A DNA stretch of 64,000 nt, from assembly GCA_951406725.2 (NCBI GenBank), contig OX597815.1, forward strand, positions 209,436,001-209,500,000. Reading direction: 5' to 3'. Position 1 is the first letter of the stretch; every line of letters begins with the position of its first letter. The notes beneath the pieces are model-generated. The model did no database searches. It was not told where the DNA came from and worked only from the letters and a program-made list of their open reading frames with translations. This stretch comes from Octopus vulgaris. Its lineage: Eukaryota. Below are positions 52,186-64,000 of the stretch, in pieces. The position numbers and the translations under genes are program-made.

Positions 52186-52436
52186 AACCACTAAGCCACG
52201 CGCCTTCACTGATAATAAATAACTAAACTCAAATAAAATCGAAATTCAGTTAATATACCTAAGTGAGGTGTGACAATCAATGAAAACTGTGCGTTGACGA
52301 TATGACTTTCATTAATAGCTGTGACACTTTCGTAATTCTATTACAAACAAAGTAATCAAGTATTATGGAATTAATTCTTTGAAAAGATAATCCCCAAAAA
52401 ACAACATATAAGAAGCTGCAGTGATGTAGATACATA

Positions 52437-52837
52437 AGAATTCCGGAAAAAATGCCGCAGGTAAAAATGCAACAGTAAACTACCCTAGTAGCACTGTACA
52501 GCTTCAAAGCGATAAAAATGATGACATACATTTCGGAGGTAGAGTGAATGTAAACTTGTAATTTCCTACGTGTATTCCAATTGTGGAAAAATGCTAAACA
52601 CGGACTCCATATTTACCTGTCACATTTTATTGTATCATGGACTCTATTTTACTTGTATTGTGACATTTATATCAGTGATATTTTTACTGGGCATTTTTCT
52701 GGTATGATATTTTACTGTGTAAAATTCTGGCCTGATTTTAATGGGCATGATATTGTACTGTGGCATTTTTCCTGTGGAATGTTTCCTGTGGCAGTTTTTC
52801 CCTTGGTATTTTCTCGCGGCATTTTCCCGGTCATCGA
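52437..52837. mobile_element. Mutator-like (MULE) MITE
   Basis: Imperfect TIR CCGGAAAAAATGCCGC / GCGGCATTTTCCCGG, ~15-bp subterminal repeats, TSD TAGATACATA (52427-52436 / 52838-52847). Confidence 0.6.
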
Positions 52838-53048
52838 TAGATACATACATTTATGTATGTATGTATGTATGTATGTATGTATGTATGTATGTATGCATGT
52901 ATGTATGTAAGCTATGTGTGCATGTTTGTACGTACGTACGTATGTATGTATATATGTATGTATGTTTGTATGTATGTATGTATGTATGTATGTATGTATG
53001 TGTGTGTATACGTACGTGTATATGTATGTATGTTTGTACGTAGGTAGG

Positions 53049-53097
<49 letters not shown>

Positions 53098-53875
53098 ATA
53101 TATAAGTATGTATGTATGTACGGACGTATGAATGTATGTATGTCTATACGTAAGTTATGTATGTACGTATGTATGTATGTATGTATGTATGTACGTACAT
53201 ATGTTTGTATGTTTGTACATAGTATGTATGTATGTATGTATGTATGTATGTATGTATGTATGTATGTATGTGTGTATGTATGTATGTATGTATGTATGTA
53301 TGTATGTATGTATGTGTGTGTAAAGCGTATTAGTTCAATATTCCAATCACAATATTAATGAAATGCAAACGTAACAGACTGGAACAAAACACAGAAAATG
53401 TATCTTATGGAATTTGTCGACCAAGCGTTAAAAATCAATTAAATATAAAAAAATATAAAAGAAAACTCCTATGAAGCATAAATAAAATTTCTAAAAATTC
53501 TAAATTTGGACAATGGCTTCAAAATTATTTGCTGTCATGAGGCATACGGTTGCGTAATTAATCATCTCGGAATCAATCTTAAGTAAACGGGCTTCATGAA
53601 ACCAGAAAGGCCACGATTATTTCGACAAGTAGAAGCAAAATAAAAAGAAAACTGCTAAAACCTTGTAATTGTATAACATGTTTATTGGAAAGGATTTAAT
53701 ATATTTCTTCACTGATAGCTTTAAGAATGGTTGAATCATTTCACTAAATGAATGTATCTTTTACAACCCTCGGCGGTTACTGTCACTGAGAGGCTCACAA
53801 AGTCTAGTTTGTTATCTTGGTTGTTGTAACTGAAAACATATAATCTCTGACGTTATATATCTATGAGAAAGTATA

Positions 53876-54108
53876 ACGGGAAAGTTTACGAAAATAAACA
53901 AAAGACGAAGGCAGGTGGAGTACAAACAAACAAATGTATTAGTATAGCGCTCAGAAATAGAATTAGAAAAAGTCTTTTACATTTCGAGCCTACGCTCTTC
54001 GACAGAAAGATACACAAAAAAACAAGGAGAGAAACAAGGAAAGAAAAAAAGGAGAGAAAAAAATGCGTGTAGGAGCTAACGATCTATCATGGCGTCCTGA
54101 CTTCGGAC
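53876..54108 (-). mobile_element. 233-bp Penelope pLTR-like insert with 13-bp TSD
   Basis: ATGAGAAAGTATA at 53863-53875 and 54109-54121. Shares the hammerhead-like motif and downstream CTGAGCG-N5-CTAATACATT with 11741-11925. Confidence 0.7.
53973..54010 (-). ncRNA. minimal type I hammerhead-like motif, core variant CUGUCGA
   Basis: Minus strand: UCUUU CUGUCGA A GAGC GUAG GCUC GAAA UG UA AAAGA. Confidence 0.5.
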
Positions 54109-54239
54109 ATGAGAAAGTATATTTCGATACGACAATATATGATTCTATTTATTTTGCCACGAAACCCATTGTCATTTTTACAAAATTCGGTAATAGATTT
54201 TAGAGGTCACAGTAGCAAAACGTTCTGTAATTTTAAATC

Positions 54240-55100
54240 AGGAATGTCTTTGTTGACAAACTGATGATCCATACTGGAAATATTTACAACGTTGGGAAAC
54301 GGTGAGATTTAATAACAACGTTTCCAGCTGATAAAGGGAAGGAATTCGATCAATAAAAATATTTATACTTAGTAAGTTGCCGAGAATGAGAAAATTGTTT
54401 TCCAAACCGAAAAGATCAACATCAGTGATTTTCTCTATCCTTTCCTTCAAATAATGAATGTTGTAAATGCCTAGATTTTGACGAACACATACCGCACAGA
54501 AGTGCTGTCCAAAAGAATATTTCATCAGGTTTCATAGATAACATTGTTATTTTAGAATGTTTGGGACGTTTGACATTTGCAAAGAAGAAAGCCGTTCCCT
54601 CGCAAGTTCCTGGCATTAGGAAGTTGAGAGCTTCAGCAGATATGACTAACTTTATGATTGAAGTACAGAGAGGAAACTTGACATGCTTTCAGATAGCATA
54701 GAATATGTTTTTTTTTATTTTATGCGCCCTTTTCAAGCCTAACCAGGCTCATGGGCCTGGTTTTCCGGTTTCTGTGGCGTATGTGTTCCAGTCCATCGCA
54801 GCGTTACTCAAGAAACAGGATGAAAGAGTGAGAGAAAGTTGGGGCGAAAGAGTACAACAGGGGGCGCCATCACTCCCTGCCAGAGCCTCGTGGAACTTTA
54901 GATGTTTTCGCTCGATAAACACACGCAACGCCCGGTCTGGGAATCGAAACCGCGATCCTCCGACCGCGAGTCCGCTGCCCTAACCACTGGGCCATTGCGC
55001 CTCCACTGAATATGGTTCCAGACAGACTTGAAATAATATGATCGAGAGAAACACTTTTGGGAAACGTTCTTTTTCACTAATACATTATAGTTGTGTTCTT
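54240..55100 (-). pseudogene. second decayed LRR-gene remnant, convergent with the TLR ghost (may continue at ~57210-57400)
   Basis: After removing the SINE at 54708-55007 the frame reads KSVWNHILCYLKACQVSSLYFNHKVSHI. Downstream: ITMLSMKPDEI and IEKITDVDLFGLEN...LYQLETLLL. YLTQNRLL lies beyond the Tigger element. Confidence 0.4.
54708..55007 (-). mobile_element. family B SINE
   Basis: TSD GAATATG (54701-54707 / 55008-55014). Homologous to 35220-35515. Confidence 0.85.
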
Positions 55101-55221
55101 GAATCAAGTGGTTTTTTTTTATTACATATTTGTTGTGGTTAGTTGATCGCCGCTGTTGTTAGATTTGACTCCAATTTAAGATGTCTGGAAATAAAGCTCT
55201 GAAGTAGACCTGGAGGCAGTA

Positions 55222-57206
55222 ATGCCAAAAGGAACCACAAAGGAATTACACTGAATATTAAACTTGATGTCTTGAAAATACTTGATGCAGAAATAAAAAT
55301 AAGTTTGCCAAAACATTAAATGCTGCAACGTCTGTTGTAGAAACGGTATGTGATACCAGAGAGGAAATTATGTCAAGTGTTCCAGAAGCTACTTCGTAAC
55401 TGTCGGAAGCTGATATTTTCCATAGATCTAATGTAAAGCTTGAGTAAATGGATCGAGGATCAGAATCGGCGTAATGTGCCGATAAACACGATGGCAATTC
55501 AAAAAAGGAGTTAAAAGTTTATATGACCAGAAAAAGAAGCTGAAACTTCTAATGAAAACCCATTTTGTTTAGTAAACGCTGATTTGAAAGGTTTTAGAAG
55601 TGCATGAATTTGCACAACATAAATACGACTGGTGAAACTGTAAGTGCTGATACAGAGGTTTATTACTGATTATCTTGAGCAGTTGAAGAAAATGGCTGCT
55701 GAAGGGGCTACACACCATTAAAGGTATGCAAAATTGATAAGGCTGCACTTTTCTGGAAGCGCATACCTGCTAGAACTTTTATTTCTCGATAAGAGAAATC
55801 AAGGCCAGGACTCAAAGCTTTCAAAACTCGTCTGGCACTTCTGTTAGGAGGGAATGCTGCTGGTGATACGAAATTAAAGCCCCTACATGTGTATCACTCC
55901 AAAAATCTAAGATCTTTCAATGGTTACACAAAGTTTCATTTACCTCTGATTTGCCGTTCAAAATAAGAAGTCATGGATGACTAAGAGCCTTTTCAATGAG
56001 TGATTACAAACGACTTTTATCCTGCCGTAGAAAGGTACAGTGCCAGATATATTTCCAAGAAAGCATTGCTTCTTTTAGACTATGCACTGAGCCACCCAAC
56101 AAACTTAGATGATCTTTTCGATAATGTGATAGCAGAATATATACCCAAGAATACAAATACTTTGCTCCAGCTAATGGATCAAGGTGTGATAGCTAACTGC
56201 AAGGCATATCATATGAGAAGAACTTTCAAACAAATTATGAAACCAATTGACTGGGAAGATAAACTTACAGTTAGAGATTTCTAGAAGAAAATTAGTATAA
56301 TGGATGCTGGGTCATAGGATGAAGTGAAGCTTTGGAAACGTACATGGGAAACGTTGGGAAACGTACATGGCCAAACATCCGCGACATTACAAGTTTTCGA
56401 CAAGCAGAAAGTCTACATCAAATTAGGAAAGATACTGTGACACTTGCAAAGGATGTAGTATTTGAAGAAGTCGTAGGGAATGATGAGATTGAGTTGTCAG
56501 TGTCCCAGAGAGAAAATTTACCCAACGAGGAGCTGATGTTGTTAGAAAAAGATCAAGCTGAGAATATAGATGAGACAACGGAAGTTCCACTTACATCACT
56601 TAAATTGACTACAAAAATTATTGCTAAAAGGTTGGCACTTATAGAGGAAAGCCTGCAGGTTTTTGCTGATAATGGTCCTAACATATAAATTACAAGAGGA
56701 GTTTACAATGTGTTCCTATACTGATCTGTAAAAAGAGACGATGCGTCATAAACAACGAACAACTTCACCAAGTTCTTCACCCTCAAGCTGTTTGTAGTAA
56801 TGAATTATAGGATAGTAAATATTGTTTCTCATCCTCCTAGTAACGCTCATTCCATCACCATCACCCCTCACACAATAGTCAGCATCGTTTATGTTAAGAA
56901 TGTACTCTAACGATATTAGGATTCTTATTAATTCCGTAACTTATTCCTATTGAAATGTTTGTGTGCTTTATTCATCTATATTTACCGTGTATGTTTAGAA
57001 ATTGCGATTTTCATGTATAAAGGTGATTGTGCTGCTTGCAATCAGTTGTTTTCTTGTGCACCTTTTTATTTTCGAAAAAAGCGTAGGAACGCAATCTCAC
57101 TTGATAATACGAAAATCAATAGGAAAATTAATTTCGCATAGCGGAATTTCGTGTTACGGTCAGATTTTCAGGAACGCATTATTTCTGTAAAGAGAAGGAT
57201 TTTTGT
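55222..57206 (+). mobile_element. decayed Tigger/pogo DNA transposon
   Basis: N-terminal ITLNIKLDVLK (CENP-B HTH-like), LFWKRIPARTFI, LLLGGNAAG, KALLLLDYALSHP, PKNTNTLLQLMDQGVIA (DDE_1). Many stops and frameshifts. Confidence 0.85.
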
Positions 57207-58797
57207 ACATTAATTTTCTTTGGAGTATAACGTTCCTGCTCACACAGTATACACTTCGGTCTGTCAATAACAGTCTGTTCTGGGTTAAATATGAAAAGAT
57301 ATTAATAGTATTTAATTTATCTACGTCTCGACACAAGGAATAATGGTGGAAAACACTCTTTAGAAAGTCTATTAAAGGCAAATACCAGTCTGGATTAGTT
57401 TTCAAAAAGCAAAAAAATTACGTGCTATTGAGAAAAACAGTTACCTAAATGATGTGAGTATTTCAGTAAAAATAAAAAAACAAACAAAAAAACGACAAAA
57501 TTATATTTATAGACAAAAATTTCGAAAGCTAAAAGTTGTTTATTCTGATTATAAATTTGCATGTGCACCTGCAATTTTATGTAAATTGGCCAAATTCTTA
57601 AGTCTTTTATTAATCTTGAAAAGCTGGGGTTTTAGCCAGAGAAAAATAATATCTATCATGAATTCTCGAAATAAATTTGACGAATAGAAAAATTTTTCTA
57701 GAGTTTAGTATGTGACTGTGTAGTTTGTGTAAGTTTTAAGTTTAGCATATCACTATATTCAGCTGTTGCTTACTGAATTTTAAAAAATGACAGAATTTTG
57801 TCACTTAAATAGAATCCAGTTCAACGTTTTCTTTATTAGAAGACATTGAATTAACAGTATAAATAAAGAGCACACACGCATACATATTTCTATGCATTTA
57901 TTTATGTATGGTTATATAAGATTTCAATGCGTATTAGGGCGACAAGCTGGCAGAGTGGTTAGTGCGCTGGGGAAAAATGCTTAGCCGTTTTTACGTTCTG
58001 CAAATTCCGCCGAGGTCCACTTTGTCTTTCATCCTTTCGGGGTCGATAAAGTACGTACTAGAGTCGATGTAATTGACTAATCCCTCTCACTTAACTGCTG
58101 GCCTTGACCAAAACTTTGAAACCAATATTTTTATACGTACACCCGCTCACACACTCACACACTCACACACATGTATGTATGCACATAAATTCCTATTAAA
58201 AAGTGAAGCTTATAATATCTTAGGTCTGTGTTTAACATTTACGATCGTTCAAACGAACGATTGAATCAGGAAGTAGCGTGACAACAAATAAGCAAAAGTA
58301 ACCAAAAATACACACCTAAATACGATTAGTCAACTATTCATTGAAATTTGATTTATTTCCAAAAAAATTTAGGCCATTCATGTATTCATTACCATGCCCA
58401 TAGCACATGTTATATTCATTTACTCACTTACTGGGAAAACACCTGATGTTTCCATGTCTTCCGTATCAAGTGAAAAAAAGCACGTTGGTCGAATAATCTG
58501 TATTTAGGTAAAGAGCTCCACCAAGTTCCCTGTTTTTAATTAGAAGACTACATTTTTTCTCTGTTTATAGTGTTAATACTATTATTCTGATAATATTATT
58601 CGCCAGGCATTTAGAGCGTTGTGTAGATTAATTCTTTTGCACTTTTGGCTTTGTTTGCTAGCATATAGACGTTGGGAGGTTGTCAGAGAGTTTTCCTGAA
58701 CAAAGTCACGCCTTTTGATAATAGGTCACGAAATAGATTGCAAATCACGCGTGTCTGAGATACTTTATATTCTAAATAAAAGTCAGCGATTTTGTAG

Positions 58798-58864
<67 letters not shown>

Positions 58865-59464
58865 ACAAACACACACACAACTATTTCTTTTATTTCTCTA
58901 TTAAAAAATGATGTCACCCCTCGTGTTAAATTTATCAATCCCATTACTTTTTCATCTTTTTAATATTTGCATAGTTCTAATGCTATACGTGGCTAATTGG
59001 AGATATTTCTCCACATTTACTAAAAATATTTAGTTTGGGAAATTCATATGGTTGTTTTAATACGTGAAGGAGATAGTTTGTTTGCATGCATTAAAATAAG
59101 TTTCAAACAAGTATTTAAGTCATTATTTCCCTTTCAGCTGAGTAATCATTGCTATCTTTCTCTTCTGCTTACTGCTTTATATAATTGAACACTGAAATTC
59201 AATAACCAGTTCGATGGACAGGATTTAAAAATAAGCTTTATAGTCTCTGAAATATTTAATCTTATACTCTAAATATTTTCTCATTTTTTTTTCTCATCTT
59301 TCTTTTTACATACTTCGATTTCTTCTCATCCTGTTCTAAACACTTTGGTTCTCAGAAAAATTTTCTTTTGTGTACACACGCACACACACGCATACACAAT
59401 ACAACACATATAGCTATACAGGCACATATGGAAACACTCGCACGCATGCCACACATTTAAAACT

Positions 59465-59560
59465 AGAGACACGATAGTTGCTCAGAAGACAATTGCTCGG
59501 AAGACTATTGTTTAGGCAACAATTGCTCACACTCTTATTGGAAAGAAATGACAATTGCTC
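59465..59560. mobile_element. MULE-like terminal fragment
   Basis: ~15-bp repeats GACAATTGCTC(G/A)GAA of the subterminal type. Confidence 0.4.
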
Positions 59561-60135
59561 AAATTAAAACAAATATTTAATAAAACGATTAAAATTTTAA
59601 TTACAGTATGGAAAATTTTCCATTACACAAACGTGATTCTCCGTGTCCTCTGATGTTAACATCATAGTCACCGTTATGCAAAATGAAAAAACCCCATACT
59701 TGGTTTGATTGCTCTAATGCCTTAATAGAAAAGAAATAAATTGAGTTTGTTCTGTTTAATCTTTATGCACATATTGACCTTTATTTCTATTTGTAAAACA
59801 ATACATAGTTCTCTCATCTAACTGCATGAATATAATATAACTAATGTTAGCACCAAGGCCTAAGCTGTTCATAATTTTATCCCGCATTTAGAAATGATCA
59901 AAACAACTACAGGTTGTGTTAAACGTTCTTTAGTTGGTTGTATCTAAAAAAGGGATCACTAGCTTAACAAGGAAAAGTGGCAATGAGCACGGCAGGAAAC
60001 AGCGCAAAGTGTAAAGAGGATTGACAGCATATAATGAATAGGGATTACTTCATTTGTAAAATGGGCATTCGTGTGGCTGATCCTAGTTTAATAATATTCT
60101 GTGTTGCAATGAAAGAACGGACATATATACATATT

Positions 60136-60189
<54 letters not shown>

Positions 60190-60241
60190 TATATATGTGT
60201 GTATATATATATATGTGTGTGTGTGTATATCTATCTATCTG

Positions 60242-60341
<100 letters not shown>

Positions 60342-60344
60342 TAC

Positions 60345-60660
60345 AGCAAACATGTACTCTGCAACATAATTTCTTTTCCTCAACAGGCCCTGCCCTATTT
60401 AACATTGTCCCGAAAGAGATCAAAGAGGAAAAGGATCCCATCGACTTTAAACGGAGTCTGGATAGATTCCTTCAAAGAATACCAGATAAGCCACCCATAA
60501 ATGGATACAACTCACCCAACAAAGACTCACTACTTGAATGGACCATAAAGAAAACTTGACTTAAACAGGATTCGAATAATCCTATCAGGTGGTGCTGTTA
60601 AGTTAGACATGGCCTGGACCAATCTTTGGTCAAAACATATCTAAGTTTATCTAAGTTTAT
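60345..60660 (+). mobile_element. CR1/L2-like LINE 3' end
   Basis: HNFFSSTGPALFNIVPKEIK..FKRSLDRFLQRIPDKP..SLLEW, with a (CTAAGTTTAT) tandem tail. Confidence 0.7.
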
Positions 60661-60911
60661 ATATAAATTTATATAAATAAGGATAAGACCATTAATTTAA
60701 AATAAAATAACGATTTTATTAAGTGGCCAGCATGGAAAAAATAACCTTCAGAGGTAATAATTATTAAAATTATAAATTAGGGTATCTACGAGATACCACC
60801 ATGCTGAAAATAGCAGCCATGATCTGACTCTAAAACCACCTTAATTGTCCATATCGCAACACGGAGAGAAAACAAAGAGACAAGATGAAACTAGTAAAAA
60901 ATTACTGGATA

Positions 60912-60970
60912 ATTCTAGATCCCGGATTTCTGACTTTGCATTTAGGGATGCTTTGCCTCGTCTGTAGAAT
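60912..60970 (-). ncRNA. type I hammerhead fold, core variant CAGACGA, in a (TA)n-flanked Penelope-like unit (~60670-60990)
   Basis: Minus strand: AUUCUA CAGACGA GGC-aaa-GCAU..AUGC-aaa-GUC A GAAA UCC G GGA UC UAGAAU. Stem I has 6 bp and the cleavage triplet is AUC. Confidence 0.6.
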
Positions 60971-62097
60971 ACACACAGAAAAGAAACATAAATACATATA
61001 TATATATATATAAATACAACATTCGAATACTTACATATACAAACGTATACATACATATATATGCATACGTACATATGGTGGATACGGAACACACATCTTT
61101 AGAATTTCAACTCATCACCGCTGTTTCACTCTGGTATGTATGTACACCCAGCAACTTTAGAATACCAAGCATATACAAATAAGTTGTAAAAGATGGGGAA
61201 AAGTCAATGTCAAAGTTAGTTGTATATTTTCATTTAATATTTTGGGTGGCTGCTGTTAAAAACATATGTTGTGACTGCTTTTGAATTCACATAGGTAAAT
61301 TGTTTTGAGGTCATCAACTGAAAAGTACCAACCCTAACTCATAACTAAACATCAATGAAACTCTATATGTGTGCAAAAACTTACTAGAAAAAAACTGTTG
61401 GATTCTAGAAGCAATCCTCAACGCTATATGTAATTGTAACTACTTTGAACAAAATATTGTGTTCAATTTTTTTGATTTATTAAATATGCAAAAAGAAATT
61501 TTAATAGTGTAACGAAGCTTATCTACAAAACCATTGTTTTAATATTTTGCCTCTTAAAGCGAATAATTGTTCTTTCCAATAAGGCTGTGATCAATTGTCA
61601 TTTGAACAAGTGTTGTGAGCCAGTTCCATGCAATGCATTTAAACACAGACAAAAATCTACACACAAAGACAGCTGCAGGGAACGAGATTGGGAGAGAATA
61701 AAACAGTGGAGTTGATAAGATTTAAGTAATATGCCTGGAAGGAATAAACGAAAGTGATGAGTAAGAAACGACATCTGATAACTTGGCAGGATGCCAGACA
61801 TCAGGCTTATCAGTCGAGGAAAGAAACTGAGAGAAAAATTTTTATACTCTACGCTGTAAGTATGAAATATTTGTATGAACTAATTTTGATTTCTGGTATA
61901 GACACAAGAATCTCAATTTTGAAGGAAAAGTATAATCGGTTATATCAACCTCTGTACTTGCCTAAAGCGTTATGCTACCAATCCAGCTGGATAACAAGAA
62001 GAATAGGGCCCAGTGGGTTGATAATTTAGTACGGGCAGGAAAGGGAACTAAAGCTTTACAAACTCTACCAATCAATTGATTTTCGTTAAAACATCTA

Positions 62098-63366
62098 TCA
62101 GGTTGAGTAAAAAATAAACAACGTTTTGAACCAAGAAGAACTTGTATCGGATTTTTGCAGAATTTTGAATTTTTTAAACACTTTTTTTGCAATTGTCTGA
62201 TAATACAGACATAGACTTGTCCAAATGCATCAATAAATTAACATTGATATTATTTCATCTGAAATGAAACTGTCAAAGTGCAATATTCGAACAATTTTGC
62301 TATTCAACTTCAAAAAAGGACTTAAAGCAGCTGGAACTGCTCACGGTATCAATGAAGCGTTTGGTGAGGAAATGACCATGACCAGTGAATGGTCAGCTCG
62401 AAAATGGTTTAAACGTTTTCGCAGTGGAGACCTGAGCCTTGAAGATCGTGAGCGTAGTGGATGCCCAACTGTTGTCGGTGACAGTCAATTAAAGACTGTC
62501 ATTGAGAAAGATCTACGTAAAACCATTCGAGAACTGGCAAAAGAACTTCAAGTTAGACAGAAAACTGTCTGCTACCATTTGCATGCGATCCGAAAATCAG
62601 AAAAGCTTCACAAATGGGTACCACAAGATTTGAATGATAATCAGAAAGTGGGCAGATATAAAATTTGCCCATCGCTTCTTCTCCATAATCAGACCGATCA
62701 ATTTCTCGATCGTGTTGTAACTTGTGATGAAAAGTGGATTCAATACAATAATAAAAACGTTTTTCGCAGTAGTTGGATCAAAATGAAGCACCGAAAACCT
62801 TCCCAAAATCTGAGCTCTTCAAAAAGAAGCTATGGTGACTGTTAGGCAGTGTACTGCTGGAGTCATCCACTATAACTTCCTAGAACTCGGAAAAACTATT
62901 ATTGCAGAAACAAATTGTCACGAAATTGCCAAAATGAACGAAAAACTGTTGCTCCTCCATCTCTGACTGGTCAACAGAAAAGGGCCAATCGTTCTTCATG
63001 ACAATTCTTGACCACACGTTTCACTAATGGCGCTCCAGAAGTCGAGGGAACTTGGCTACAAAGTTCTTCCCCACCAGCTTATTCCACAGAACTTTCTCCT
63101 ACCGACTACCACTTTTTCAAGCACCTTCATGATTTCCTGCGAGAGGAGTTCAAAAATCAAACTGAGGCTGAAAGTGCATTCCAAGAGTTCATCAGCTCCA
63201 GAACTCCAGATTTTTATATTACTGGAATAAACAAACTTGTAACTCGTTGGCAAAAATGTGTTGAGTGTAATGGTACTTACTTTGAGGAATAAAATTACCG
63301 CATTATTGAAATATATTGTGATGGATTTCATGTTTCAAAAATTTGCTTACTTTTTACTCAGCCTGA
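62098..63366 (+). mobile_element. full-length (1269 bp) mariner transposon, transposase frameshifted
   Basis: TA-flanked TIRs TCAGGTTGAGTAAAAA / TTTTTACTCAGCCTGA. ORFs 62264-62845 and 63008-63292 carry WVPQDL, TCDEKW, HDN and YSTELSPTDYHFF. Confidence 0.92.
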
Positions 63367-64000
63367 TATTTTATACTATTGTTAATAAAAGTGACATCAA
63401 ATAACGTCTTTAGAGGTAATAAGGGTTCGCTTACCCCTAGTGACAATTAAAAGAATGTTGCTGTGAGAGGATGTTGGGTTAGGGATATTGAGAATCAGAT
63501 CGAACCAGCAGAAAAGGTCTGCTATGCAAGGAATGATTACCGAGATACCGACACTATCAGGCTACATGGGTGCTATTGTTTATACAGTTATGACACTAAT
63601 TTGTTTGCTACTATTGTTTAGCCACAGGTTAACCCTATTAAGCAATCTTATGTTATAAGGCGTTCCAACTGTGGCCATCTTTTCTTATATTTGTTACTAC
63701 ATTATCCAAAGTGACGTATCTTGCTGATGAGGACGGGATGAGATGTGAAGGAGAATGGTCAAACTGGAGAATAATTTCTATAGGATTTTCTATTCTGTGG
63801 TCTGGTTAGAAGAAATAAAAAGAAAACTGTGTGAATATAAATGTCTTGTGAGAACTGTTTCAGTCAAGTAAGTGTCTACTGTTAGCAAGATTACATTATC
63901 AGCGAGTTTAGCGAGGAATCAAATCATAAGCATATCAAATAAGGAATTATTGCTTAGCTAGATGTTCACAAGCATTATTCCTGCACTTCTCTCCTGTTAA

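Larger units (their letters stand above)
45365..53550 (+). pseudogene. heavily decayed Toll-like receptor (LRR - Cys cluster - LRR - TM - TIR), fragmented by repeats
   Basis: Colinear remnants: LEELAMDCN (45481), KELSQNII (48528), IHRHVFENLQLL (48806), DINSNNISLV (49215), IFSLSYNS (~49970), ITGNPSFSD (~50090), CCECC (50671), IYLRLRNNH (50815), LQVLYLG (50851), LSHLYKLDGNS (50998), LVTTLFIMLT (~51530), CDTFV..FEKIIPK (52320; cf. TIR box 1 YDAFV). Confidence 0.55.

Overview
This is AT-rich, repeat-saturated animal DNA. The SINE families and microsatellite load look like an octopus/cephalopod genome (inference from recall, not verified). Nearly all ORFs in the track are artefacts of microsatellites and SINEs. 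The window holds dozens of tRNA-head SINE copies, including a 9 x 183-bp tandem array inside one 15-bp TSD. It also holds remnants of RTE, CR1-like, Tx1/L1 and Dong/R4 non-LTR elements, a shattered Helitron RepHel, two mariner copies (one full length), a Tigger/pogo copy and several MITEs. Several Penelope-like terminal units sit mostly in (TA)n tracts, form long foldbacks and carry type I hammerhead-ribozyme folds with non-canonical cores. Host-like signals are one candidate first coding exon (minus strand, signal peptide plus RQRR furin site, 29902-30094), a decayed multi-cysteine-cluster Toll-like receptor ghost (+, ~45.4-53.5 kb) and a convergent second LRR remnant. Family assignments come from hand translation and remembered consensus motifs; no database search was run, and many boundaries are approximate.
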